64,000 nucleotides of DNA from Candidatus Enterousia sp. (GTDB taxonomy: Bacteria; Pseudomonadota; Alphaproteobacteria; Rs-D84), in the NCBI GenBank assembly GCA_045613785.1, contig JAZLBQ010000012.1:1-64000 (forward strand). The letters are read 5' to 3'. Under the pieces are notes generated by a model. It worked only from the letters and a program-made list of their open reading frames with translations. It had not been told where the DNA came from and did not search any database. Positions 6,943 through 16,805 of the stretch are shown here, in pieces (within the stretch, counting starts at the first letter, position 1; every line of letters begins with the position of its first letter). A program made the position numbers and the translations under genes.

Positions 6943-8736
6943 ATGTCAAAAAAGATATACGTGGATGCAGTCCACCCCGAAGAAACACGTGTTGTAGTGG
7001 TTGACACAACAACTAATCGTGTTTCTGATTTTGACGTCGAAACAACCACTAAGCCACAGATAAAGGGTAATATTTATCTGGCCAAGGTTATTCGTGTCGA
7101 ACCATCTTTGCAGGCGGCATTTGTAGATTATGGATCTGGGAAAAATGGATTTTTACCATTTTCTGAAATTCACCCAGATTATTATCAGGTGTCTGCCGAA
7201 CAGAAAAAGAAATTACTAGAATTGGCACATGCCAACATTGTTGACGACGATGACGATCCAAATGACGAAGAAGACGAAGTCGCCGAATATGATGATCACA
7301 GTGCGGGCGAAGACAACAAAGAATTTGCCAAGCGTGCTCGTGAATTCAAAATCCAAGATGTAATCAAGCCAAAGCAGATTTTGCTGGTTCAGGGTGTCAA
7401 AGAAGAACGTGGTCAAAAGGGTGCGTCAATGACGACATATTTGTCATTGGCTGGTCGTTTTGCTGTTCTGATGCCTAATTCCAGAAAACGCAACAGTTAT
7501 GGTATTTCGAAAAAGATTTCTGACAAATCTGAACGTGCCAGATTACGTGAAGTTTTGCACAACCTGAAAATTCCAAAGGGTATGACGGTTGTTCTACGCA
7601 CGGCGGCGATGGGTGCAGCACCTGCTGATATTGCTGCGGATTATGATTACCTGGTAAACTTGTGGAACGAAATTCGCAAGACAACCTTGGAATCTGTTGC
7701 ACCTGTTACAATCCACACCGAAGATTCATTGTTGCGTCGTGTTGTTCGTGATTTCCTAAGTGATAAAGAAGACGTTTTGATTATTCAGGGCGAGGAAGCC
7801 TTTGATGCAGCGAAACAGTATTTTCAACAGATGTATGGTCGTGCTCCACGCAAACAGTTAGTTCATTATAAAGACACCGCAGTTCCATTGATGGTCAAGG
7901 CTGGTGTTGAAAAACAGCTAGAAGGTTTGCATGGTCCATACGTTACATTGCCATCTGGCGGTTCATTGGTTATCAATCAGACCGAAGCAATGGTAACGAT
8001 TGATGTCAATTCTTCTCGGGCGATTAAGGAAAAGGATATCGAACAGACTGCTTTGAATACTAACTTAGAGGCTGCCGAAGAAATCGCATTGCAACTGCGT
8101 CTGCGTGATTTAGCGGGGATTGTTGCGGTTGACTTTATCGACATGGAAGAAGAAAAGAATAACCGTAAACTGGAACTGAAAATGCGTGAAGTGATGAAGC
8201 GTGATCGTGCCAGAACCCAGGTTGCAAAAATCAACAACTTTGGTGTTTTGATGTTATCACGTCAACGCCTTCGCAGTAGTTTTATGGAATCTTCATACGT
8301 GGCATGTCCACATTGTATGGGGGCAGGGGTTGTTCCATCTATTCAGACAGCGGCAATAATCTTGTTCCGGCATCTTCAGGAAAAATTATTGGCAAAGTCG
8401 GCACAAAAAATAATAATGACTGTTCCGACAGACGTTGCGATTTACTTGTTGAATCACAAGCGTGCAGAATTGGCAGATATGGAAGCTAAATTTGAAACTG
8501 AAATCGTTATTGTTGGCGACGACAGCCTGATGAATATCGACCAGTATTCAATTCAGCGTGTCGCCCCAGAACAGAACAAAACCGAAGATTTGTTGACTGC
8601 ATATGCACCATCAACAGATGCGAAAAAGAAAAATACTCAACATTTGGATGCCAAACGCACAACGGTAAATGCCCAGCGTCGCAAACGCAAAAAGCAACCT
8701 AAAAAGAAATCGTTCTGGCAAAAGTTGGTCAGCTAA
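6943..8736 (+). CDS. rne: Ribonuclease E/G family
   Basis: KGNIYLAKVIRVEPSLQAAFVDYG, IDVNS, DFIDM, CPHC.G motifs; acidic S1 insertion. Confidence 0.93.
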   Translation: MSKKIYVDAVHPEETRVVVVDTTTNRVSDFDVETTTKPQIKGNIYLAKVIRVEPSLQAAFVDYGSGKNGFLPFSEIHPDYYQVSAEQKKKLLELAHANIVDDDDDPNDEEDEVAEYDDHSAGEDNKEFAKRAREFKIQDVIKPKQILLVQGVKEERGQKGASMTTYLSLAGRFAVLMPNSRKRNSYGISKKISDKSERARLREVLHNLKIPKGMTVVLRTAAMGAAPADIAADYDYLVNLWNEIRKTTLESVAPVTIHTEDSLLRRVVRDFLSDKEDVLIIQGEEAFDAAKQYFQQMYGRAPRKQLVHYKDTAVPLMVKAGVEKQLEGLHGPYVTLPSGGSLVINQTEAMVTIDVNSSRAIKEKDIEQTALNTNLEAAEEIALQLRLRDLAGIVAVDFIDMEEEKNNRKLELKMREVMKRDRARTQVAKINNFGVLMLSRQRLRSSFMESSYVACPHCMGAGVVPSIQTAAIILFRHLQEKLLAKSAQKIIMTVPTDVAIYLLNHKRAELADMEAKFETEIVIVGDDSLMNIDQYSIQRVAPEQNKTEDLLTAYAPSTDAKKKNTQHLDAKRTTVNAQRRKRKKQPKKKSFWQKLVS

Positions 8737-8739
8737 CAC

Positions 8740-8768
8740 AAATCCCCACGATGTGGGGATTTTTTTAT
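8740..8768 (+). terminator. Intrinsic terminator
   Basis: AATCCCCAC-GAT-GTGGGGATT plus T tract. Confidence 0.85.
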
Positions 8769-8807
8769 TGTTGAATATTCGGACGATTTTCACTAAATTT
8801 TATATAT

Positions 8808-10868
8808 ATGAAATATGAACTGACTGAATTTTTGAATACAGACCTGCAATTTATCAAGGGGGTTGGTCCAATGCTGGCGACACGCCTGGAAGAGTTGCTG
8901 GGTGGGCGACGGGTGCTGGATTTTTTACTGCACCATCCGTCCTATGTTCGTGCCCGTGGTATAACAGAAAATGTTATGGACGCAACGCCTGGGGAAACAA
9001 TAACAATTCCATTGTTGATAAAATCGCACAAGCGTGGTGGTGCATTTGGTCGTGGTCGTCGTCGCCCAACCCAGATTATTTGCAGTGATAAAATGAATAA
9101 CACAGTTGTTATTCAGTTTTTTTATAGCAGGTTTTTAGAATACTGGCTGACTAAAATGCCTGTAAATTCGTGGCGTATGATATCTGGTAAGCTTGAACGG
9201 ACTGCACGACCAACAATAAATCATCCTGACTTTATCGAAGAGTTGCAAAATGCGTCAAAAATTCCATCTGCCCAGGCAATTTATCCATCTGGCGAAGGCC
9301 TAACACAAAAGGTATTTTCTAATATTCGTGATCAGATTTTTGCAATGTTGCCCGACAAAATGCACGGTGAAACAGACGAACGGGTTATAGAGTTTTTTGA
9401 TGCCTTGCAACACGTTCATTTCCCTGCGTCTGACGATGACTTGAATCCAAACGCAACCCATATGGTAAAATTAGCGTATTATGAATTGCTGGCACATCAG
9501 TCTGCCATTGCAATCAGTCGTCGCAATCGCACTGACGTTCGAAATCGTCGCACACCACGTCCTAAAAAGTATTCGTTGATGGATAAGTTTTGGGCGTCTT
9601 TGCCATTTGAAATGACAGATGCTCAGAAACGCACCTGTGATGAAATTTTCGCAGACTTGTCATCGCCAACGCCAATGATGCGTCTGGTTCAGGGGGACGT
9701 TGGCAGTGGCAAAACAATTGTTGCCTTGGCGGCAGCGGTTTCTATGGCAGAATCTGGTGCTCAGACTGCATTGCTTGCCCCAACTGATACATTGGCACAA
9801 CAGCATTATGTAAAAATTCGCCCAATGTGCGAAAAAATGGGCATTGTCTGTGATATTTTAACGGGGCGGGACAAAGGCGTTGCCCGCCGTGAAAAGTTGG
9901 TTTCCTTGCGTTCTGGTCGCACACGTATTGTTGTTGGAACACACGCATTGTTTTCAAACGATGTTGAATACAAAGATTTAGGTCTGGTAATAATTGACGA
10001 ACAGCATCGTTTTGGTGTTTCGCAACGTCAGGCCTTGCGAGACAAGGGTAAAAATCCAGATGTTTTGGCATTGTCAGCAACGCCAATTCCACGCACGTTG
10101 TCAATGACGATTTATGGTGATATGGACGTTTCGATTATCAATCAAAAGCCTGCTGGTCGCAAACCAATCAAAACGACCAAGATATCATCGGCCAGGATTA
10201 CAGAATTAGTTCAGCGTATTCAAACACAAATTGCATCTGGTGCCAAGGTGTTTTGGGTCTGTCCACTGGTCGAAGAATCCGAAAATGATAACATGGCAAC
10301 TGCTGCGGAACAGCGTCATAAAATGCTGTGCGACTATTTTCCAACGGCTGGTCTGGTTCACGGCAAAATGGATAAAAAAGAACGTGATAGTGTCATGGCA
10401 ACCTTTGCTGATGATAATTCAGATATGAATATTTTGGTTGCTACAACTGTCATAGAGGTTGGAATTGATGTTCCACGTGCTTCAATCATTGTGATAGAAA
10501 ACGCCGAACAGTTTGGTCTGGCGGCATTACACCAGTTGCGTGGTCGTGTTGGACGTGGCAATACACAATCGTATTGCGTTTTGTTATTTGGGCGAAATCT
10601 ATCTCCGGACGGATTAAAGCGATTAGATATATTGTGTGAAACAGATGACGGCTTTGTCATTGCCGAACAAGATTTAATGATGCGTGGTGTTGGCGAATTG
10701 ATGGGAACTCGGCAAAGTGGTTGGCTGCATTATCATTTTGTAGATTACCGTGAACATCATAATTTGTTTAAGTTGGCATCAAATGCCGCCCGAAATCTGG
10801 ACGTATCAGACATTTGGATTCGTGATTTGTTGTTTATGTTTGATTGTGGGGTGGTTCAAGGTGCGTAA
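8808..10868 (+). CDS. recG: ATP-dependent DNA helicase RecG
   Basis: QGDVGSGKT, DEQHRFGV, SATPIPRTL, QLRGRVGRG. Confidence 0.96.
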   Translation: MKYELTEFLNTDLQFIKGVGPMLATRLEELLGGRRVLDFLLHHPSYVRARGITENVMDATPGETITIPLLIKSHKRGGAFGRGRRRPTQIICSDKMNNTVVIQFFYSRFLEYWLTKMPVNSWRMISGKLERTARPTINHPDFIEELQNASKIPSAQAIYPSGEGLTQKVFSNIRDQIFAMLPDKMHGETDERVIEFFDALQHVHFPASDDDLNPNATHMVKLAYYELLAHQSAIAISRRNRTDVRNRRTPRPKKYSLMDKFWASLPFEMTDAQKRTCDEIFADLSSPTPMMRLVQGDVGSGKTIVALAAAVSMAESGAQTALLAPTDTLAQQHYVKIRPMCEKMGIVCDILTGRDKGVARREKLVSLRSGRTRIVVGTHALFSNDVEYKDLGLVIIDEQHRFGVSQRQALRDKGKNPDVLALSATPIPRTLSMTIYGDMDVSIINQKPAGRKPIKTTKISSARITELVQRIQTQIASGAKVFWVCPLVEESENDNMATAAEQRHKMLCDYFPTAGLVHGKMDKKERDSVMATFADDNSDMNILVATTVIEVGIDVPRASIIVIENAEQFGLAALHQLRGRVGRGNTQSYCVLLFGRNLSPDGLKRLDILCETDDGFVIAEQDLMMRGVGELMGTRQSGWLHYHFVDYREHHNLFKLASNAARNLDVSDIWIRDLLFMFDCGVVQGA

Positions 10869-12168
10869 AATAATCGCATTTTTTCTGTCGTTATTTTTTA
10901 CGGTTGGTGGCAATGCCGCCACATTGATAAATGATACAGAAACCGAACAGGTCTTAGTGGAATTAGTTCGACCATTGGCTACTGCTGCTGAAATTCCATC
11001 GGACAGATTAAAGATTCACATTGTAAACGACGACCAATTTAACGCTTTTGTTATGGGTGGCGAAGACATTTATGTTTACACTGGTTTATTGAAGCAGATA
11101 AGAAATCCCAACGCACTTCAAGCGGTAATCGCACACGAACTTGGGCATACATTAGGTGGTCATGTTGCCCAAATGAGCCAGCGTATGTCGGCCGAGATGC
11201 GTCGCACAATGCTGATTCAGGCACTGGGGATAGGTCTTATGGTGGCTGGCGGTAATCCAAGCCTGGGGGCAGGGGTTTTGGCTGGCTCGTCAGGGGTGGC
11301 ACAGCAATCAATGATGTCTTTTTCACGTGACGAAGAACGCATTGCTGATAACCTTGGCGTTGATTTAATGGTTCGTGCCAAGCAAAACCCAAATGGGTTC
11401 ATTGATGTTTTTGAACAGATGTCTGAAATGTCGGGGGTTGCAGAATCTAAAATGAATCCAAATCGTGTAAATCACCCACTGACGGGCGAACGACTAAACA
11501 ATGTTCGCAGCCGCATTTCTCAGATTGCCTCAGATTATAAATCAAATCAGAAGACACCGTTGTCCAAAGAATACGAAATGGTTCGTGCAAAATTAGTGGG
11601 TTATCTGGATACACCTGCCCAGGTTCGAAATTTATATCCTGCGAACGATATGTCTGATTCTGCCATTTATGCACGTGCGATTGCAAATATGCGTGGTGGA
11701 AACCTGGACGCTGCACGCACAGGAACATTGACATTGATATCTCGCAATGCTGAAAATCCGTATTTATATGAATTGCTGGGGGATATTGAATACCAGTTTG
11801 GTCATTACGATGACAGTGTGATTGCGTATGAAAAATCACTTTCACTGTCTGACAATGCTCCCCAGATTGAAACAGCACTTGCACTAGTTTTGACAGAACG
11901 CAAGTTGCCTGATGATAACGAACGTGCGATTGAGTTGGCTCGTCGTTCATTGCTGTCCGCCCCAGCACCATTGACATATTGGGTTATGGCACGTGCCTAT
12001 GGCGAAAAAGACGCTGGCCGACACGATTGGGCAATGGCAGAATATTATTTGATGACAGGCGATGTGAAAACTGCGAAAAAATACGCCGCCAGTGCCAGAA
12101 AAAAACTAAAAAAATCAGCCCCAGAATATTTAAAGTCTGGGGATATCCTGTCTAAGTCTGAAAAATAA
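10861..12168 (+). CDS. M48 family metalloprotease with TPRs (BepA/YfgC-like)
   Basis: Probable GTG start at 10861 with signal peptide; NAF, HELGH, TPR-like C-terminus. Confidence 0.88.
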   Translation: MRKIIAFFLSLFFTVGGNAATLINDTETEQVLVELVRPLATAAEIPSDRLKIHIVNDDQFNAFVMGGEDIYVYTGLLKQIRNPNALQAVIAHELGHTLGGHVAQMSQRMSAEMRRTMLIQALGIGLMVAGGNPSLGAGVLAGSSGVAQQSMMSFSRDEERIADNLGVDLMVRAKQNPNGFIDVFEQMSEMSGVAESKMNPNRVNHPLTGERLNNVRSRISQIASDYKSNQKTPLSKEYEMVRAKLVGYLDTPAQVRNLYPANDMSDSAIYARAIANMRGGNLDAARTGTLTLISRNAENPYLYELLGDIEYQFGHYDDSVIAYEKSLSLSDNAPQIETALALVLTERKLPDDNERAIELARRSLLSAPAPLTYWVMARAYGEKDAGRHDWAMAEYYLMTGDVKTAKKYAASARKKLKKSAPEYLKSGDILSKSEK

Positions 12169-12194
12169 AAATCCCCAAAACGGGGATTTTTTTA
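12167..12194. terminator. Bidirectional terminator
   Basis: AAAATCCCC-AAAAC-GGGGATTTT between convergent genes. Confidence 0.8.
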
Positions 12195-12198
12195 TTTA

Positions 12199-12447
12199 TT
12201 ATTTCTTTTTCTTGGCGACAGATTTCTTTGCAGTAGTCTTTTTTGCAGGTGTCGCTTTTACATTTGGTTCATTTTTGTATTCTTTTACCAGTGCAACAAT
12301 GCATGTGTATGCCAACAGTGCGGATATTGCAGTGATTAAACCTGAAAACAAGCCGTCTGAAAATACAGCGAACAAGACAATCGCAGCAACCAACACAACG
12401 GTATAACCCAAATTTTTTGATAATACGTTTGCTAATTTGTTTAACAT
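12199..12447 (-). CDS. Small membrane protein with Lys/Ala-rich tail
   Basis: 82 aa; two TM helices then PAKKTTAKKSVAKKKK; RBS GGGAG. Confidence 0.8.
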   Translation of the reverse strand: MLNKLANVLSKNLGYTVVLVAAIVLFAVFSDGLFSGLITAISALLAYTCIVALVKEYKNEPNVKATPAKKTTAKKSVAKKKK

Positions 12448-12510
12448 TTCTTTCTCCCATTTAATTTTGTTTGGACACCTGTATTATTGCAATGTTTTTT
12501 TATGCGCGCA

Positions 12511-12545
12511 ATAAAAAAACACTGCCCAAAACCACGGCAGTGTTT
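12511..12545 (-). terminator. Intrinsic terminator of the 12588..13334 gene
   Basis: AAACACTGCC/GGCAGTGTTT stem plus T tract on the minus strand. Confidence 0.8.
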
Positions 12546-12587
12546 CAAAAGGAGAAACATGAAAACTAAAAACTCTGTAATTATGGT

Positions 12588-13334
12588 TTACAGCACCACA
12601 TATCCGCCCAAGCGTGCTGTCTTTGGGATTGGTCCAAAAGACGAACGTGGACTGACATAAATGTTGCCTGTAATGATAAAATCACCACAGAATTGCAACA
12701 TATTCACATCACGCAGGAACAAGTTCCCGTTGATACGAATGTCGCATGGCAAAGTGTATTTACGCATGTTCTGCAAATACAGATTACCGTTGACTACTGC
12801 ACCGTTTTGCAGCATTGCACCTGCACCACGGCTATCGATAATAACATCGCCCCAAAATTGATTGTTTTTTGTTGCTGTTTGCTGTTTTACAATTTGAACT
12901 TCTGACTTTTTAACAGGAACAACATTTACCGCAGGGGCTTCTTTTTTGTTTGTCTTAGGGTTTACCTTGATTGGTAAAACAGTATTGCGTTGTGTGATTT
13001 CGCTTGGTGCAGAATTTTCTGTTACTTCGACCTGAGCTGTAACAGGAATATCTTTGGCCATAACAACAACTGTCTTTCTGTTGCAACCGATTACATCAAT
13101 AACCAGCATAGAAAACAAAACGATGATTGCGACCAACAGCGTTAAATTTACCAAGCCTACCAGATTTATACGGCACAACCAATTCCATAACCAACGACAC
13201 AATTTAGCAATTTTGCGAAAAGGCCAGCAGATAATATTCCAGACCCGTTTCCAGAATCCGTTTCGTTTTGATTTTGTGGCCTTGTTTGTTTTTACACGTT
13301 GTGCGGCCGATTGGATCTTTTTCTTGTCTGACAT
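12588..13334 (-). CDS. Hypothetical single-pass membrane protein with beta-rich C-terminal domain
   Basis: Start MSDKKK with AAAGGTG RBS; TM helix; repeated V.GNL.L motifs. Confidence 0.8.
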   Translation of the reverse strand: MSDKKKIQSAAQRVKTNKATKSKRNGFWKRVWNIICWPFRKIAKLCRWLWNWLCRINLVGLVNLTLLVAIIVLFSMLVIDVIGCNRKTVVVMAKDIPVTAQVEVTENSAPSEITQRNTVLPIKVNPKTNKKEAPAVNVVPVKKSEVQIVKQQTATKNNQFWGDVIIDSRGAGAMLQNGAVVNGNLYLQNMRKYTLPCDIRINGNLFLRDVNMLQFCGDFIITGNIYVSPRSSFGPIPKTARLGGYVVL

Positions 13335-13460
13335 AATGTCACCTTTGTATTTGTTTTTCTTTTCTATATCCCAAAAATAGTATTTGTCAATACGTTTGTC
13401 AAGTCTTTTTGTCAAAAAAAAGTTAAATTTGTCAAAAAAAACACCCCGCAGGGCATTTAT

Positions 13461-13907
13461 TTATCTAGTATTCCAAGTATCAGAGTTTAATATAGTGTGC
13501 CACAATACGCTGAACATGTTTTTGAAATCTACATCTTTTTCTGGTTTTACATTATTCCAATCGACGGTAATCTTCCTAGGTGCAGGGCCATAGATATATT
13601 CGACATATCCACATGTTCTTGGCAATAAATTATGGTTTAATATTAAATCTAAATCGACTTTCTCGCACATATTATTTTTATCTTTCAAGCGACATTTGTA
13701 TATTTTGCAACGCTTTGTTTTTACATCCAGCCAATTACAACAAGCATGTGTATAAAAAGTCTTTGCAGCACCAGGTTCAATTTCCAATTCAATTTTACTC
13801 AGACAACAAATACCACAACCTTTGCATAGACTGTCCCATTGTTCTGGGGTCATTTTCTTCATTTTTTCTACACGTTGACGTTGTTCAGCAGTTAAATCGG
13901 TAGTCAT
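13461..13907 (-). CDS. YcgN/UPF0260 cysteine-cluster protein, ends WNTR
   Basis: QWDSLCKGCGICCLSK, C..Y..R....C, LP.TCGY. Confidence 0.85.
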   Translation of the reverse strand: MTTDLTAEQRQRVEKMKKMTPEQWDSLCKGCGICCLSKIELEIEPGAAKTFYTHACCNWLDVKTKRCKIYKCRLKDKNNMCEKVDLDLILNHNLLPRTCGYVEYIYGPAPRKITVDWNNVKPEKDVDFKNMFSVLWHTILNSDTWNTR

Positions 13908-14017
13908 TTGTATATTTCCTATGTATATATCAGAATTGAAAATATCACACAAAAACAATTTGTCAACGTTTTATTCTTTGACATATACAGGCGAAATATA
14001 TAATATTTAAATATCTG

Positions 14018-14743
14018 ATGAAGGGAATACTTGCATTATTTTTGATTGTCTTGGGGGCGTGCAGCCAAACATGGCATGCGCCATCTGATTTTATATATGT
14101 GCCGATAAAGTCTGGCGACTATCAAATCGCAACATATCAGCGTTTTAAAGACAACACTTCAGCGATACACGTTTATATCGAAGGTGATGGGAATTCGTTT
14201 GATGCCCGTGGTCGATTGACAGATGATCCGACCCCTCGTGGCACATTTTTAAGGGATTTAGCGGCGGCGGATAAAAATCCAAATGTTGTTTACATGGGGC
14301 GACCCTGTCAATATATCAAGACACCAAATTGTTCCCGCACGGATTGGGGAACTGGGCGTTTTTCTGAAAAAATCATCAATTCTATGTCTGGTGCGGTATC
14401 GCAAATTGCAAAAGACAGACCTGTTGTTTTAATTGGCTATTCTGGTGGTGCAATGGTTTCTGGGTTGATTTTAGAACGGAAACCGGAATTAAATGTGCAA
14501 AAATGGATAACCATTGCAGGTGTTTTGAATCATAGTGATTGGACACAGCATTTTGGTGATATGCCTTTGTCGATGTCATTAGACATGAACGGGTTGCCAC
14601 AAATACCACAGGTTCATTTTATAGCTCTACGTGATAAAGTTGTTCCCAACAAACTTTCTCGCAAGTGGATAGGGGATAGAGAGCTAATTGTAGTGCCCGG
14701 TGCGACACATAATAAATTTCCAATATCAGAAATTGTGTTTTAA
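14018..14743 (+). CDS. Alpha/beta hydrolase lipoprotein
   Basis: Lipobox LGAC; YIEGDG, RPCQY, GYSGG nucleophile motif. Confidence 0.85.
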   Translation: MKGILALFLIVLGACSQTWHAPSDFIYVPIKSGDYQIATYQRFKDNTSAIHVYIEGDGNSFDARGRLTDDPTPRGTFLRDLAAADKNPNVVYMGRPCQYIKTPNCSRTDWGTGRFSEKIINSMSGAVSQIAKDRPVVLIGYSGGAMVSGLILERKPELNVQKWITIAGVLNHSDWTQHFGDMPLSMSLDMNGLPQIPQVHFIALRDKVVPNKLSRKWIGDRELIVVPGATHNKFPISEIVF

Positions 14744-14781
14744 CTATTGACAAAACAAAAAAAAGTCCTACAATATGAAAT

Positions 14782-15537
14782 ATGAAAGAAGTAAAAATAA
14801 TACCCATTTTTGATCAAGCAGCCCCAGGAATCTGGGACAGTTTTGTTGGTTTGCGTGTAAACGCCATGCGGACAACCTGTAATCATAATATGAGCGACCA
14901 GGAAATCACAAACGCATTACAAGAATTGCGTTCGTCCTGGGGGCGTTTAAAGCATAATTTTGCGTTTGCTGCCTATGACGGTGAACGTATGGTTGGCTGT
15001 ATTCATGGCGATTGCCAGAACCGAACGGCTTTTGTCCGTCATTTATATGTTGCCCCAGAATATCAGCACCAGGGCATTGGTTTCAGCCTGCTTTCTGCTG
15101 CAGAACATTCATCGGCACTGGTTGCAAGTAAAACAGATATCGTTGCGTTGCCAAACGCTGAAAAGTTCTATCAACGCTATGGTTATACATCACCGTTGAA
15201 AACGAATAATTATTTCAAAGATATCAAGGGTAAACAGGCGTGCAGTGTTGTGCCATTGTTCAGTTGTTCGCCATCGCTTGCAAAACAGTTGGCAAAATTT
15301 TCACCAGAATTCAAACCAGAATATGTAAATCAGGGGCATTGTCCAGCGTTTGTATATTGTGATTACGAAATGCAGATTGGCGGATTTGGTTATGCAGAAC
15401 CAGATATCTCTTTGGATAAGCCGCAGATATTAGGACGCACCGCAATGCACGACGATTGGGGTCGTCGCTGTGTTGGCAAGGCGTTTGAAAACTTGTCATC
15501 GCATATAAATACCTTGTGTGAGCAGAAAAATCGCTAG
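14782..15537 (+). CDS. GNAT N-acetyltransferase, ends QKNR
   Basis: LYVAPEYQHQGIG acetyl-CoA motif; FYQRYGY. Confidence 0.88.
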   Translation: MKEVKIIPIFDQAAPGIWDSFVGLRVNAMRTTCNHNMSDQEITNALQELRSSWGRLKHNFAFAAYDGERMVGCIHGDCQNRTAFVRHLYVAPEYQHQGIGFSLLSAAEHSSALVASKTDIVALPNAEKFYQRYGYTSPLKTNNYFKDIKGKQACSVVPLFSCSPSLAKQLAKFSPEFKPEYVNQGHCPAFVYCDYEMQIGGFGYAEPDISLDKPQILGRTAMHDDWGRRCVGKAFENLSSHINTLCEQKNR

Positions 15538-15568
15538 GATTCATTTCTTAAACAGTGTTTTTTTTACG

Positions 15569-15600
15569 CCTGTGAAACCTTGACAGTTTCACAGGTTTTT
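15569..15600 (+). terminator. Intrinsic terminator whose loop contains TTGACA
   Basis: CCTGTGAAAC-CTTGACA-GTTTCACAGG-TTTTT. Confidence 0.75.
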
Positions 15601-15645
15601 GCTAGGCTAGTTCTGTCTTAATATAATAACCCGGTGGATAAAGTT

Positions 15646-16749
15646 ATGAAAAAACCGATAATAAATGTAATTGAAATAGACGGACGTGATGCTCGTTATC
15701 AGACAGGAATTGGCCGTTATTTTGATGTCTTGGCAACACAGATGCCTGAAAATATCAAGACTACACGTATAATATTTTACTGGTCGCCTGATATTAAAGA
15801 GATTCATATAACTCAGAACGACGACGAGATATCTGTTCGTCATCCTGTTGGATATCCAGCCCAGATTTTATTTGATGCAGTGATTGCGTTTGCTGGCAAT
15901 CGTATATCTCAGATGCAAAATTTGATATTAAAATCAAATTGTTTGGGATATGAACCGCTGGCGTATATGTTGCGTTCTCGCTTTTATGCCAAGACGGTTG
16001 GTGTTTTGCACTGCCTGCCGCATCGTTCAATGGGCAACCAAGGACGTTTTCCACCACATGATCCGTTCTTTAATATGGATCGGGTGATACTGGTGTGCGA
16101 CCATGGAACAGAATATTTAAAGGGGATCAATAACAACCGTCCGTATTCTGTGATTTACAATGGTATTGAAACGCCAAAAATCACTTCAAAGAAGCCAAAC
16201 GATGGTGTTTTCCGCTTTATCTTTGCCAACGGCTGGGCCAAGCACAAGGGGATTGAGCGTATTATCCCTGCTATCAAGACTGTTGCTGAAAAGCACAAGA
16301 TAGAAGTGATGGTAATCGGTGGATATGACCCCAAAGACCCTGTTTTTGAACAAATCAAAGACCTGCCAATAACCAAGGTTGGTCTGCTTGATAATCCAGA
16401 TGACATTGGGAAATATTATGAAATGGCGGACTGTGCCCTGTTTGCATCGTATTCTGAGGCATGTTCTTTTGCTGGGATTGAGGCAATGGCATACAATCTG
16501 CCTATAATTAGCACGGATGCTGCTGGATTGGTTGAAATGTTTGGTCGTGCTGCCTTGATTGTAAAAAGCGATGGCGATGGGAAACTAGACACTGATGATT
16601 TTGCCAGACAAATGTGCCGTGTAATCGAAAGTGGTTCATTGCGTATGCGTTTGGGGGTTATGTCTTATGGTCGCTACAAAGAACGCTATACCGCAAAAAA
16701 AATGGCCAAAGACACAATCAAGTTATATGAAAATCTACTTAAAAGTTAA
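15646..16749 (+). CDS. Glycosyltransferase family 4 (GT-B)
   Basis: VIYNGI, KHKGIE, SYSEACSFAGIEAMAYNLPIISTD. Confidence 0.9.
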   Translation: MKKPIINVIEIDGRDARYQTGIGRYFDVLATQMPENIKTTRIIFYWSPDIKEIHITQNDDEISVRHPVGYPAQILFDAVIAFAGNRISQMQNLILKSNCLGYEPLAYMLRSRFYAKTVGVLHCLPHRSMGNQGRFPPHDPFFNMDRVILVCDHGTEYLKGINNNRPYSVIYNGIETPKITSKKPNDGVFRFIFANGWAKHKGIERIIPAIKTVAEKHKIEVMVIGGYDPKDPVFEQIKDLPITKVGLLDNPDDIGKYYEMADCALFASYSEACSFAGIEAMAYNLPIISTDAAGLVEMFGRAALIVKSDGDGKLDTDDFARQMCRVIESGSLRMRLGVMSYGRYKERYTAKKMAKDTIKLYENLLKS

Positions 16750-16764
16750 AAATAAAAAATAGCA

Positions 16765-16790
16765 AAAAGCCCCCGTTTTGGGGGCTTTTA
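16765..16790. terminator. Bidirectional terminator
   Basis: AAAAGCCCCC-GTTTT-GGGGGCTTTTT. Confidence 0.8.
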
Positions 16791-16805
16791 AATGATTAGC
16801 GTTGT

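Noticed and set aside
6943-8736. Short RNase E with an acidic insertion, co-occurring with RNase J
   Set aside because: The S1-domain insertion and the E plus J combination are known alphaproteobacterial traits.
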